Shown piece after piece: positions 38,675-49,160 of a stretch of 64,000 bases of DNA. Positions within the stretch are counted from its first letter, which is position 1. Each line of letters starts with the position of its first letter. A program made the translations under genes and the position numbers. The stretch is from Octopus vulgaris (Eukaryota). The notes beneath the pieces are model-generated. The model worked only from the letters and a program-made list of their open reading frames with translations, made no database searches and was not told the DNA's origin. The stretch spans positions 52,762,001 through 52,826,000 of the forward strand of contig OX597830.1 of assembly GCA_951406725.2 (NCBI GenBank), read 5' to 3'.

Positions 38675-41600
38675 AACAATGAAATGCCAACTGAGATGAA
38701 ATGATATAAACATTCAGTACAGTACAGCACCCACAACTGTGGCAAGCTGTGAAAGGGAGAGTAAGTCACCCCTTCTATCCGTAGACTGGGGTGACGCCTT
38801 GGGCAAGTGCTAGCAACCCCTTAGCCTCCCATCTCAGGATACGGTGAAGATGTTGGTAGTAAGAAATTGGATAACTGACAAGGCAGAGGAAACCTAAACC
38901 ATCAGTTTGAAGGTTACTGCAACAAAGCAGAAGATCAGTACGTCCAGTCATCTCGTGTGGAGCCTACTGTGAGACCTCTTCCAGTCTGCAGCTGTTACAT
39001 CGAATGGAGGTAAAAGCCCCGGTAGGGTAATCTAGCTGTGGCAAAAGAAATTGGATGGTGATCAAAATTAAAAGAAAGACTGGAAATAGAGTCTTTCCTC
39101 TTTGACTGAGACATCATCAACTTCTTCAAGTTCCATTTGGAGAGGATGGCGAAGGTGGAGATGGTAGGAACTGCCCTACAGTAAATTTACTGAAATTTGA
39201 GAGTAGGAAGTATGGCCAATATTACTATAAAAATATCCATATCAGAAATCCCAACAAAGCTACCTTTTATCTTTTACTTGTTTCAGTCATGGAACTGAGG
39301 CCATGCTTGGGCATTGCAATGAAGGGTTTAGTCAAATAAATTGACCCCCAGTACTTATTTTCTAACTTGGGTACTTATTCTGACAGCCTTTTTTGAGAAA
39401 CGACTAAGTGACGGGGATGTAAACAAAGCAACATTCAGGTGGTAGGGGGGGGGGGGCAAACACAAACACACACATGCACATACACAACGGGCTTCTACAG
39501 TCTCTGTCAACCAAATTCATTCACATTGGTCAGCCTGGCTCTATAGTGGACATTTGTCCAGGGTGCTGCACAGTGGGAATGAACCGAAAACCTTGTGAAT
39601 TCATGCAAGCTTCTTAACTACACAATCATACATGCCCCTAGGGGAACACTAAATAATCAATAATCAATCAAATAGCATTAAAAAAGTTTTGAAGTTACCT
39701 TTCCAACTGATGGGAAACCGATGAGAGCAATCCGGGCATCACCTGATTTCATAACATCAAAACCTTCACCCTGAAAAATAATAATAATAATGATGATGAT
39801 GATGATAATCCTTTCTATTATAGGTGCAAGGCCTGAAGTTTCAGGGGAGGGGACAAGTTGATTACATCAACCCCAGTGTTTCACTGGTACTTAATTTATC
39901 AACCCTGAAAGGATGAAAGACAGAGTCGACCTGGGTGGAATTTGAGCACAGAATGTAAAGACGAACAACATGCTACAAAGCATTTTGCTATGAGTGCTAA
40001 TGATTCTATAATAATAAGAATAATAATAATTCTTTCTACTTTAAGCACAAAGCCTGAAATTTGGTGGGTGGGGAAGGGGTAGCCAATTACATTGACCCCA
40101 GTAATTGATCAGTACTTATTTTATCAGCCCCCAAAAAATGAAAGGTAAAGTTGACTTCAGTAAATAATAATAATAAGTACATTATAATAATAATAATAAA
40201 CATTGTGTACAGTGCTCAGGTGCACTACAACTCATCTAAAGTGTATATATAATCAGGTGTAGTTTCGACGGATTTCGGAAAGCATGAGGGCCTTAAAGGA
40301 TGCAGTGTCATGGCAGTCAACAACTGACGCAGGCAGATTATATAAAGATTAATTTCTTATAAAGATTAATTTCTATCTCACCTTCAGACTCACTCTCTCT
40401 CTTCTTAAGACTTGAGAGATAGACAGATTAAATAACATAGGAATTGACCCACAGTCTAGAGAAACTGACCACGGTGATTATTAGCGGGTGGAATTAACCA
40501 TGGTGGAATTTACCTGGAACCCTTAGAATTACTGCTAAGGAAACAAATGTGATTCGAATTTATATCAGAAATACTAATATCGTTGTTATTATTGTTCAAA
40601 GAATGGTTAGTGTTAATAATATCAACGTTATTATTTTCATTAAGTGGATTTGTATTTAACAACATATTGTTATTCGAAGAGATGATTTGTGAAAGGTTTT
40701 CGGTGCTTGAAAACCCAGTTCTATTTTGGTGTGAATTGATAATGGAATGGTATCTTGAATTTTGGGGGAAATTCTTATCTATAGCTTTATAAAAATGGTA
40801 AGGGAGGTTAGATTTAATATGCTTACCATATAGAATTATCAACCAAACAGTTTTACTAGGACATATCTTGTTATTAGGGTAATTATCTTTAAATGTCCTA
40901 GATTTATTTTTATAACTTAAAAAGAAACATAAAGAACGGTTATCTCCCTTACGCTGCAAAATTACATTTTTCGATTTAGTGTTGTCATTCGAACTAAAAT
41001 TTATGTTATTACCGTTATGACATGTTATTATGTCCTGATTAATAGAGGTAAAATTAATGTCAATAGGGTTAATATGGGTAATTTTTTCTTTATAGCCTGC
41101 TTTAAGTGAGGCAGAGTTATAAAATTCAGCTTTGAAGATATCAACATTGGCAGATGATCTAGACAGTCTAAGTGAAATATTTCTAACTAAATTCCTTGTA
41201 ATAGCCTTTGAATGATTACTGAAAGAGCAAATATATTTTTAATTAGTTGAGGGGAGTTTATGGTATGGGAAATATGAATCATTATATAAGTTAAGGGTAA
41301 TAAAGAAAAAGCTGACTTTAGTTATATTATCATCGAAAACAATGCTTAAGCCCATGTTTTGGAAAAATTTAACCAAACTATTTTTAATCTTTCGTAATTT
41401 TTGGTTAGAAGCATTTTGAAGGTAGAGTAGACAATCATCACGATATAAACCCCCACTGATGTTTGGGAATTGGTCAGCCATCTCATAAAGGTTATATATA
41501 CCAACCAAATCAGCCAATTGTGCTGAGTCAGAACTTCCCATCATGACATCAAAATTTTCAAACGTATCTTTACGGACCCACAGCTTGTTTTCAAATTTAA

Positions 41601-44600
41601 TGATTGATTTTCTGGCAGCTAACATGACATTAATTTCATCCCTGGTGAGACCTGCTTTGTTGTGTGCGAACCAGAGTGCTTTGTTGAGTACAATTGGGTT
41701 AACAGAGGAATAGTAACTAGAAATGTCGAACTGGATAAACTTAGTGCACTTGTTGTTCAGTCCTCATGAATTCAAAATTACCTAGTCTGATGTAGGTTAT
41801 GTGCAACCTTACAGGAATGGTAGCTTCAGGTCAAAGATGCAGTGTGACCTTTGTTTGAGCATAAAACTGAGAATTTTAGTTCAAAGCATCAACAGTTTGA
41901 ATGAAAGAAATGAACTGTTAACGTCTTTTATGTTAATACAAGCCTCATTGAATTTTGTTCTTGTTCAGAGGGGAAAAAATGTTGAGCTAGAGTAAGAATA
42001 GCTTGGGCAAAGTTCAGAGAGCTCTTACCTCTGCTGGTGACAAAAGGCCTCTCGCACAGAGTGAAAGGCAGACTGTATGATGCGTGTGTACGAACAGCCA
42101 TGCTACATGGCAGTGAAACATGGGCCGTGACTGCTGAGGATATGCGTAAGCTCGCAAGAAATGAAGCCAGTATGCTCCGATGGATGTGTAATGTCAGTAC
42201 TCATACTCGGCAGAGTGTAAGTACCTTGAGAGAAATGTTGTACCTAAGAAGCATCAGTTGTGGTGTGCAAGAGAGACGTTTGCGCTGGTATGGTCATGTG
42301 GCAAGAATGGATGAAGATAGTTGTGTGAAAAAGTGCCACACCCTAGCGGTTGAGGGAACCTGCAGAAGAGGCAGACCCAGGAAAACCTGGGACGAGGTGG
42401 TGAAGCACGACCTTCGAACTTTAGGTCTCACTGAGGAAATGACTAGAGACCAAGACCTCTGGAAGTGTGCTGTGCAGGAGAAGACCCGGCAGGACAAGTG
42501 AGTCCATAACCCGTGGCCTTCTACATGGGATGGAGCCAGCCTACGTATGCATACCTTCCCTTCTTGGGACACAAAACTCTACTTGTGAAAACCTGTTGAG
42601 GCAAGTGAGGATCAGAATCGAAATCGATCAATGGAAATTGCAGATGTGTTACCAGTGCCGGTGGCATGTCGAAACTCTACTTGTGAAGACCTGTTGAGGC
42701 AAGTGAGGATCAGAATCGAAATCGATCAATGGAAATTGCAGATGTGTTACCAGTGCCGGTGGCATGTAAGAGAACCATCCATCTCGCGTCCGTTGCCAGT
42801 GCCGCCCCGACTGGCCTCGTGCCGGTGGCACGTAAAAAGCACCATCCGTTCGTGGCCGTTTGCCAGCTCTGTCTGGCACCTGTGCGGGTGGCACGTGAAA
42901 AGCACCCACTACACTCACGGAGTGGTTGGCGTTAGGAAGGGCATCCAGCCGTAGAAACACTGTCAGATTTGACTGGGCCTGATGAAGCCTTCTGGCTTCA
43001 CAGACCCCAGTAGAACCGTCCAACCCATGCTAGCATGGAAAACGGACGCTAAACGATGATGATGATGAGTGTGTATGCCTATATGTGAGTGTGTGTTTAT
43101 GTAAAAACAAAGATCATCATCCTTGACCTTGAGGGCAGCCACAACAACGATGACATGAATACATAATTCTGTTTATATATGTGTGTCTATGAATGTACAT
43201 ACGTCTATATATATGCATCTGTACAGGCACATGCAAAATAAGCGCCCATATGCACACATTAATGTTTTTAAAAACATTAATTAAAACTATTATTTTGGAA
43301 CATTGTTCAAACACCAATGCACTTTCATGACTTCAATTGTATGGAGCTTATGACGCTTATAATAACACTAGCAGCATAGCCCGGCATTGCCCAGGTATGT
43401 AAGAGCCCCTGGAGCAGACATGATGCTCGCTGTGAATTTTTTTTAAATTCCTGCCAATTTGTGAAAGATATTGTCGAAAATATGTCATCTTGAATTTGAA
43501 CGTGATTTCCCAAAATGGCATGAATTTATCGATTTTTTCTGATGGTAAGGTATTGCATGGAAAACTAACGTCAGAATTAAGTTTGTTAGGGTAACATTAA
43601 GCTTCACCATGAGTTTGGTGAAAATCGATTGCAAGTTGCGAAAACTACAACAGAAAATGTGTTGCAAATAAAAGCTTAGATTCTCGACCCCATGTCGAAT
43701 ATATCGATTTTTTTCAGAACTGGGGAAACTTTTCAAAATTTTCGCTGCGTTAGTTTTGAATTATGACATTGGGCTATGTGTGTGTCAAGTTTCATCAGAA
43801 TCGGTTGAAAGCCGTGGTCAGGGTGAGGGTACAACCTGACAGACACACAGACAGACAAACTGCCGTTTATATATAGAGAGATTACAAGAAAAAGAAATCA
43901 AAATCAAAATGTGAGCTTGAAGCAGCCATTTTCACACATGCTGTTCACAAAGGTTTCTAAATGGAAGAACCTAACAGTAAGCATTTCCTACAAACTTTCA
44001 TCTCAGATAGTGAATATTCAAAAGAAAACAGGCTCGGTTTACCAGCTGAGATCAGAAATGAGCAACTTGGAGTACTGAGAATCAAAGTGTTTCAGCTGTA
44101 ATGTATTAAAGAAAACTCTACATTTGTATTGAGTCGTGTAATTTATTGTTTCTCGTGAATCAGTGGAGATTTATGTATATATATCTTAAGCAATGAAAAC
44201 AAAAAGAACACAGGGGGAACAAGTTTTAATATGTATTAGTTAAATACGCTTGTGGATGGAACTCATGGAAGAGGGAGACTGAAGAAGACATGGGACAAAG
44301 TACTGAAGGTCGATCTCTGGACACTGAACCTTACAGAGGAAATGACAAAGGACTGAAATATCTGGCACCTTGCTTTACTCAAGGAGACTGGTACTCCACA
44401 GCAGAAGTGTTAAGGCCATTCCTGTTGCTGAAAAGGATTGGCCTGCAAGACCTCTGTGCTGGAACTATGTAAAAAGTACCAGTACTGGCACAATGTAGGA
44501 AGCACCCATGCTGGTGCCATGTAGAAAGCACCTGTACTGCCGCCATGTAGTAGCATCCATGCTGGTATCACATAAAAGCACCTGTGCTAGTACCATGTAG

Positions 44601-45628
44601 AAAGTACACTGAACACTCTAGGGAGTGGTTGGCATTAGGAAGGGCACCTAGGCATACAAAGCAAGCCAAATCAGATTGGAAACTAGTGCAGCTCCCTGCT
44701 TGCCAGTTCTGGTTAAATTGTCCAGCATGGAAAACAGATGTTAAAGGACTATGATGTTTTAGACAATAGTCCTTCATCAGAAAGAAATAATTAGAAAAGG
44801 TGGTTGGAAAATAACATCTATACCTGCATTACACACACACACACACACACTGATATTGCGTAGGTCATCCAGCTGTAGAAACCATGAGAAATCAGACTGG
44901 AGTTTGGTGCAGCTCCCCAGGTTTCCAGCTCTGGTCAAACCATCCATACCAGCATGGACAGTGGATGTTAAATGATAATGATGATATATATCATCATCAT
45001 CATCATCGTTTAACGTCCGTTTTCCGTGCTAGCACGGGCTGGACGGTTCGACCGGGGTCTGGGGAGCCAGGGGCTGCCCCAGGCTCCAGTCTGATCTGGC
45101 AGTGTTTCTATAGCTGGATGCCCTTCCTAACACCAGCCACTCCGCGAGTGTAGTGGGTGCTTTTTACGTGCCACCTGCACAGGTGCCAGAGGGGTCTGGC
45201 ATCGGCCATGATCAGTTGGTGCTTTTTTTTTTTTTTTTTTTTTTGTGCTACCGGCACAGAAGCCAGTCGAGGCGGTGCTGGCATCGGTCACGTTCGGATG
45301 GTGCTTTTTATGTGCCACCGGCACAGAAGCCAGTCGGGGCAGTGCTGGCATTGGCCACGTTCGGATGTTGATTTTTATGTGCCACCGGCACAGAAGCCAT
45401 TCGAAGTGGGGTTGGCATCGGTCACGTTCGGATGGTGCTTTTTATGTGCCACCGGCACAGAAGCCAGTGGAAGCTGCACTGGCAACGGCCACGTTTGGAT
45501 GGTGCTTTTTATGTGTCACCGGCACAGGTATCACAACTACTACTGTTTCCATTGATATATACATATATATATAGCATACACATATCATCCAAAAGCTAAC
45601 ACCATAGTGCATTGTGTGTGTGTGTGTG

Positions 45629-45670
<42 letters not shown>

Positions 45671-46941
45671 CCTAATATATATTATGTAGAGTACACAGGC
45701 ATGGTTGTCTGGTACAGAAGTTCACTTAACAGCCACGTGATTTCAGATTTCAGTTCCATTGTGTATCACATGGATGAGTGTCTTTCTACTTTAGCCCCAT
45801 GACACCCAAGGTCTTGTGTGTGAAATTAGTAGATGGAGACTGCAAGGTAACTCACTGTGTGTGTGCTTGCACACATGGACATATATAAGTGCACATATGT
45901 ATGTGGGCTTGTCTGAGAAAATATTACTGAAACTGCTAGAAATAGCAGCCATATATCACCTTAATATATATTAGAAAAACATGATACAGTAAACAATGTA
46001 TTTTCTGTCTTTGATCACTGGTCTGCTTAATCAGGGCCAAGTGGAGCTACAATAACAACAAATAATGAACACTAATTAGGAAAGAAAAGAAACATGATTT
46101 CTTACTCTTGCAGCTGATTTTGCCGATGGTTCAAGTAACTGCTGACGGTATTTTGCTAGTTTGGCTTTCAATAAACCCAAATGGTATTCAGTGGCTAGAG
46201 AAAAAAACAGAGAAAAGATTTATAAGTCATAATCATTAGATGCAGGGGTGGCTGCATCGTAAGAAGCTTGCTTCCCAACCACATGGTTCCAGGTTCAATC
46301 CCACTGTGTAGCATATCTTGGGCAAGTGTCTTCTTTGGTAGATGGAAACTAAAAGAAGACTGTTGTAGTCCTTTGACTGCAGCCATGCTGGAGCACCACC
46401 TTAAAGGGTGTTTTTAGTCAAAGAAATTGACCCAAGGACTTATTCTTTGTAAGCCGAGTACTTATTTTATCGCTCTCTTTTGACAAACCACTATGTTACA
46501 GGGATGTAAACATATCAACACCGGCTGTCAAGTGATGGTGGGCAGACAAACATAGACACAAAGACACACAATGAATTCACAAGCACACATAAAACATCCA
46601 AAGGTACATCCTTTTCCCTCTGATGAAATTATACTCATGTCACACAAAAGAAAATTTAATGAGCATTAATTGAAACAGCTGTAAGTGAAGATGACCAATT
46701 TGCTGTTAATAATAAACAATTATTAATTTCCTAATCTCCATTTTCTTTTCTTCTTTTAAATGAATATATAGGCGCAGGAGTGGCTGTGTGGTAAGTAGCT
46801 TGCTAACCAACCACATGGTTCCGGGTTCAGTCCCACTGCGTGGCATCTTGGGCAAGTGTCTTCTGCTATAGCCCCGGGCCGACCAATGCCTTGTGAGTGG
46901 ATTTGGTAGACGGAAACTGAAAGAAGCCTGTCGTATATATG

Positions 46942-46972
<31 letters not shown>

Positions 46973-47309
46973 TTGTCCACCTAGCATTGCTTGACAAGCA
47001 ATGCTGGTGTGTTTACGTCCCCATCACTTAGCGGTTCGGCAAAAGAGACCGATAGAATAAGTACTGGGCTTACAAAGAATATGTCCCGGGGTCGATTTGC
47101 TCGACTAAAGGCAGTGCTCCAGCATGGCCGCAGTCAAATGACTGAAACAGGTAAAAAAGAGAGAGTAAAGAGTAATATATATATATATATATATACTTTT
47201 GACAATCTTTTTCCAAAGAGTGAAACCGGTTAAGTAAATAAACATCTTTTAAATTGCATTTTCAAACCTTCTTTCGTATATAATTCCCTATACCCACAAC
47301 TCAACTTTG

Positions 47310-47360
<51 letters not shown>

Positions 47361-48679
47361 ACAGGTTTCTTTCAGTTTGTCTACCAAACCCACTCATAAG
47401 GCTTTGATAGGCCCAAGACTACAGTAGCTACTTACCACACAGCCATTTTGTCTAATTCTATACAGTAAGGTCTAACCTTAGTGAGATTTAAAGTCAGAAC
47501 ATAAAGAGCTGGACAGAAGAAATAAATACCACAAAGCAGTTTTTCAAACATTTTAATTATTTTTGCCTTAACCCTTTTGATACCAAACCACCCAAAACTG
47601 CCCTTGACTTAATGTTACAGATTATAGACTTTAAAGTGATCAAAATTAGAACTTATTAAAATTTCAGGTTATATTATGTTCCATGTTTACCAGGTTTCTC
47701 ATTATTTTTTAAATCACACTGACTTTTGAAGGTCTATGAATACAACCCAGTCAAATGCCAAGACATTCTCATTCTGTTTCCACACTACTCTAATTTTCAG
47801 GCACTGCTATGTCAATGAAGATCCATTCTTTAGTCACTTTCCATCAGAGAATGAGATCTGATTTATTATTGTTGTTATTATTATTATTATTAGAGACGAT
47901 GTAAGGTTGGGAGATCTCTTTAGTCTTGCTAGGAGCAAGACCTCTATAGCGTTGGGGCCACAAATAAGTGCACATTGTACAAACTACTCCAAAACTGAGA
48001 CGTTGAAGCAAATTGTTGGATCCTATCAAACCCATGCCAGCTAGGAAAACGGACGATGATAATGATTATTCTAACATAAACAGAAGGTCAGAAATGTGTA
48101 GGAGTGGAGATACCATCGAGGTCGATACTTGACAGGTACTTTATTTTATCGATTCCAGGAGGATGGAAAGCTAAGTTGACTTTACTCAAGGCATTCCGTT
48201 CTCCGTTCTAATCGACAATTGTTCCAATAAGGATATTTCTTCACACTGACATCAACGCACATTTCTAGGGAAAAGATACAGTGAACAGAATCAACATGAC
48301 TGGTACTTATTTTATCGACCCACAGCGGAATGAAAGATAAAATCTACTCTGGTGGTGTTTGAATCTAGAAAATATGACACACGTGCCAAATACCTAATAA
48401 GTGTCGACTACGAGAAATTGTAGCTTATACACTTGTTTATTGTGAACTGACCAATGCTGGGATACACGTCTGCTTCTTTCAGTAATTGAAATATTTCCAA
48501 ATTCAACAGACATCATCTGTTATACGTTTATTGAATCTTCAGATCGTATATAGCCATTTATGGCAAAAACAAAGAATTCTTCGAGAAACGGGGGCATATT
48601 TTGAGTTAAGAATACATACGATAAATTATGATTACATTAAATTTGCTTCGGGAATCGAGTTCTTTATATTTTCATCGCG

Positions 48680-48737
<58 letters not shown>

Positions 48738-49031
48738 CAGGAATTCAACTGGTACAAGAGATTCAATATTCACATACAAACGGACAAGTAATCTGTTACT
48801 TTTTATTACTTATTTGTGACAAAATATAATTAACATAAAGTTATCATTTTCTTTAAAATCTAATCCGCAAAGAAATTACACGAGGTTGTTTGTCCATCGT
48901 AGGTGTACATTTATTCAGAGAAAGTTTTTAATTCCCACAGTTAAAATACAAGGATAACCTGTGTACATATGGATGTGTTGTACATGCATGTATTTCTTAA
49001 TGTGTTGATGAAGCTCTCTCTCTCTGTCTCT

Positions 49032-49065
<34 letters not shown>

Positions 49066-49160
49066 GCGTGTGTGTGTGTGTGTAAATTTTACTTACCTTT
49101 ATTTTTTTGAGTCCGAGAGATTTCTCGCTCAATTTCTTGAATTTTTTCTAAAATACCCAT
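20410..49160 (-). CDS. DRG2: Developmentally-regulated GTP-binding protein 2 (whole gene, 14 coding exons, 364 aa)
   Basis: Manual splice assembly: join(49097-49160,46106-46194,39699-39770,37918-38007,35494-35554,34464-34554,33249-33321,30039-30129,28119-28216,26333-26409,25376-25464,24298-24356,22577-22630,20410-20496) = 1095 nt. All introns are GT-AG with consistent phases. Protein [38 protein letters not shown]...GFPSVGKS (G1)...YEFTT (G2)...DLPGII (G3)...NKID (G4)...DDVIQIVKK*. The N-terminus matches DRG2 rather than DRG1. Confidence 0.97.
20660..20887. mobile_element. piggyBac-type MITE nested in a family B SINE
   Basis: TTAA-flanked; interrupts gtcgactttgcct|...|tcctttcagggg. Confidence 0.8.
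22057..22284. mobile_element. Second TTAA-MITE family
   Basis: ttaaccctttag...atgcttatgggttaa; a related diverged copy at about 16609-16828. Confidence 0.65.
22577..22630 (-). CDS. DRG2: DRG2 exon 13 ([18 protein letters not shown])
   Basis: ttgcag / gtaagt; FKYALVW motif. Confidence 0.95.
24298..24356 (-). CDS. DRG2: DRG2 exon 12 ([20 protein letters not shown]), TGS domain
   Basis: atttcag / gtaagt. Confidence 0.93.
25376..25464 (-). CDS. DRG2: DRG2 exon 11 ([29 protein letters not shown])
   Basis: ttccag / gtaagt. Confidence 0.95.
26333..26409 (-). CDS. DRG2: DRG2 exon 10 ([26 protein letters not shown])
   Basis: gacag / gtaag; NKID G4 motif. Confidence 0.95.
26609..26837. mobile_element. 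piggyBac-type MITE (TTAA TSD)
   Basis: TTAA-CCCTTTCGTTAC...GTAACGAAAGGG-TTAA; near-identical copies at 20660-20887 (inserted in a SINE) and 59553-59780 (reverse orientation, nested in a related MITE). Confidence 0.85.
27153..27338. repeat. Fold-back/MITE-like inverted repeat with microsatellite spacer
   Basis: Imperfect arms of about 68 bp; the ORF track shows the same peptide on both strands. Confidence 0.8.
28119..28216 (-). CDS. DRG2: DRG2 exon 9 ([33 protein letters not shown])
   Basis: ttccag / gtaagt. Confidence 0.95.
28217..30038 (-). other. U12-type (minor spliceosome) GT-AG intron, DRG2 intron 8
   Basis: 5' splice site GTATCCTTT; branch point TTCCTTAAC (28235-28227) ending 10 nt before the exon, with no polypyrimidine tract between it and the acceptor CAG. 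Confidence 0.93.
29060..29936 (+). mobile_element. Non-autonomous Helitron inside the U12 intron
   Basis: 5' TCTAAAACCATAAAA; RepHel C-terminal relic [11 protein letters not shown] near 29660-29700; subterminal hairpin acccaggcaacgccgggt; 3' CTAG|T. Confidence 0.72.
30039..30129 (-). CDS. DRG2: DRG2 exon 8 ([30 protein letters not shown])
   Basis: ttttcag / gtatcctttt (U12-type donor). Confidence 0.95.
30390..31271 (+). mobile_element. Internally deleted mariner element
   Basis: TA-flanked TIRs of about 55 bp (tatgaggtctgatcaataagtatcc / gcttatcgatcagaccgcata); HTH-region relic KWFRCFQDG...RPTTSRT...SAKFVPKLL. Confidence 0.82.
31858..32125 (-). mobile_element. CR1-clade LINE 3' fragment
   Basis: NTRGHAYK...[18 protein letters not shown] motif plus (TTA)n tail; a shorter copy at about 40183-40336. 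Confidence 0.8.
32327..32414 (-). ncRNA. Minimal type-I hammerhead ribozyme motif in DRG2 intron 7 (sense to DRG2)
   Basis: ATGCAG-CTGAGGA-[long imperfect stem II]-GAAA-CGATCG-TA-CTGCAT: perfect 6-bp stem I, intact core, palindromic stem III ACGATCGT, GUA triplet; the base of stem II is imperfect. Confidence 0.62.
32701..33098 (+). mobile_element. SINE family A, full length
   Basis: Same structure. Confidence 0.85.
33249..33321 (-). CDS. DRG2: DRG2 exon 7 ([24 protein letters not shown])
   Basis: atgcag / gtaagt. Confidence 0.95.
34464..34554 (-). CDS. DRG2: DRG2 exon 6 ([30 protein letters not shown])
   Basis: atgcag / gtaaa; [12 protein letters not shown] signature. Confidence 0.96.
35494..35554 (-). 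CDS. DRG2: DRG2 exon 5 ([21 protein letters not shown])
   Basis: ttttcag / gtaagt; DLPG G3 motif. Confidence 0.96.
37065..37321. mobile_element. hAT-type MITE
   Basis: TIR CAGTGGTTCTCAACC / GGCTGACAAACACTG; perfect 8-bp TSD ATCTAGAG. Confidence 0.85.
37918..38007 (-). CDS. DRG2: DRG2 exon 4 ([30 protein letters not shown])
   Basis: atccag / gtaagt; YEFTT switch-I motif of the OBG/DRG family. Confidence 0.96.
39699..39770 (-). CDS. DRG2: DRG2 exon 3 ([24 protein letters not shown]), P-loop
   Basis: ttttcag / gtaac; G1 motif. Confidence 0.96.
40340..41760 (-). mobile_element. Penelope-like retroelement RT relic (Naiad/Neptune-like)
   Basis: [13 protein letters not shown]...[20 protein letters not shown]...GLYRDDCL...FITLNL..SYFPYHK and downstream VWLIILYG...IDKNFP, a PLE-type RT and thumb pattern; stops present. 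Confidence 0.75.
41986..43068 (+). mobile_element. 5'-truncated RTE-clade LINE
   Basis: [14 protein letters not shown]...MLHGSETW...[12 protein letters not shown]...RGRPRKTW; 3' UTR with a ~98-bp tandem duplication and (GAT)n tail. Confidence 0.9.
43368..43881 (-). mobile_element. Non-autonomous Helitron
   Basis: Minus strand: A|TCTCTCTATATATAAACGGC ... hairpin cctgggcaatgccggg ... CTAG|T; no TSD. Confidence 0.85.
44991..45555 (-). mobile_element. RTE 3'-UTR-derived non-autonomous element with internal ~57-bp tandem repeats
   Basis: (CAT)n start and reverse complement of the 42760-43068 tail; about 5 units of ggtgctttttatgtgccaccggcacagaagcc; related + copies at 54480-54989, 57550-57788 and 63170-63484. 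Confidence 0.8.
46106..46194 (-). CDS. DRG2: DRG2 exon 2 ([30 protein letters not shown])
   Basis: Acceptor ctctag, donor gtaag; phase 1->0. Confidence 0.95.
46614..46689 (+). ncRNA. Minimal type-I hammerhead ribozyme motif (Penelope pLTR/retrozyme-like)
   Basis: TTCCCT-CTGATGA-[AATTATACTCAT...ATGAGCATTAATT]-GAAA-CAGCTG-TA-AGTGAA: intact core, stem I 5/6 bp, paired stem II, palindromic stem III ACAGCTGT, GUA cleavage triplet. Confidence 0.7.
46770..47172 (+). mobile_element. SINE family A, full length
   Basis: Same structure. Confidence 0.85.
49097..49160 (-). CDS. DRG2: DRG2 coding exon 1 ([21 protein letters not shown])
   Basis: ATG at 49160; donor G|gtaagt. Confidence 0.95.

Noticed and set aside
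42979-43005. CTGATGA + hairpin AGCC-TTCT-GGCT as a hammerhead
   Set aside because: No GAAA box, and other copies of this RTE tail read ggtgcagcc.
44745-44785. Minus-strand CTGATGA-aggac-tatt-gtct-AAAA
   Set aside because: No GAAA, no stem I and no palindromic stem III.
45180-45530. CRISPR-like repeat array
   Set aside because: Eukaryotic context; the units are tandem copies with similar spacers inside an RTE-derived element, and there are no cas genes.
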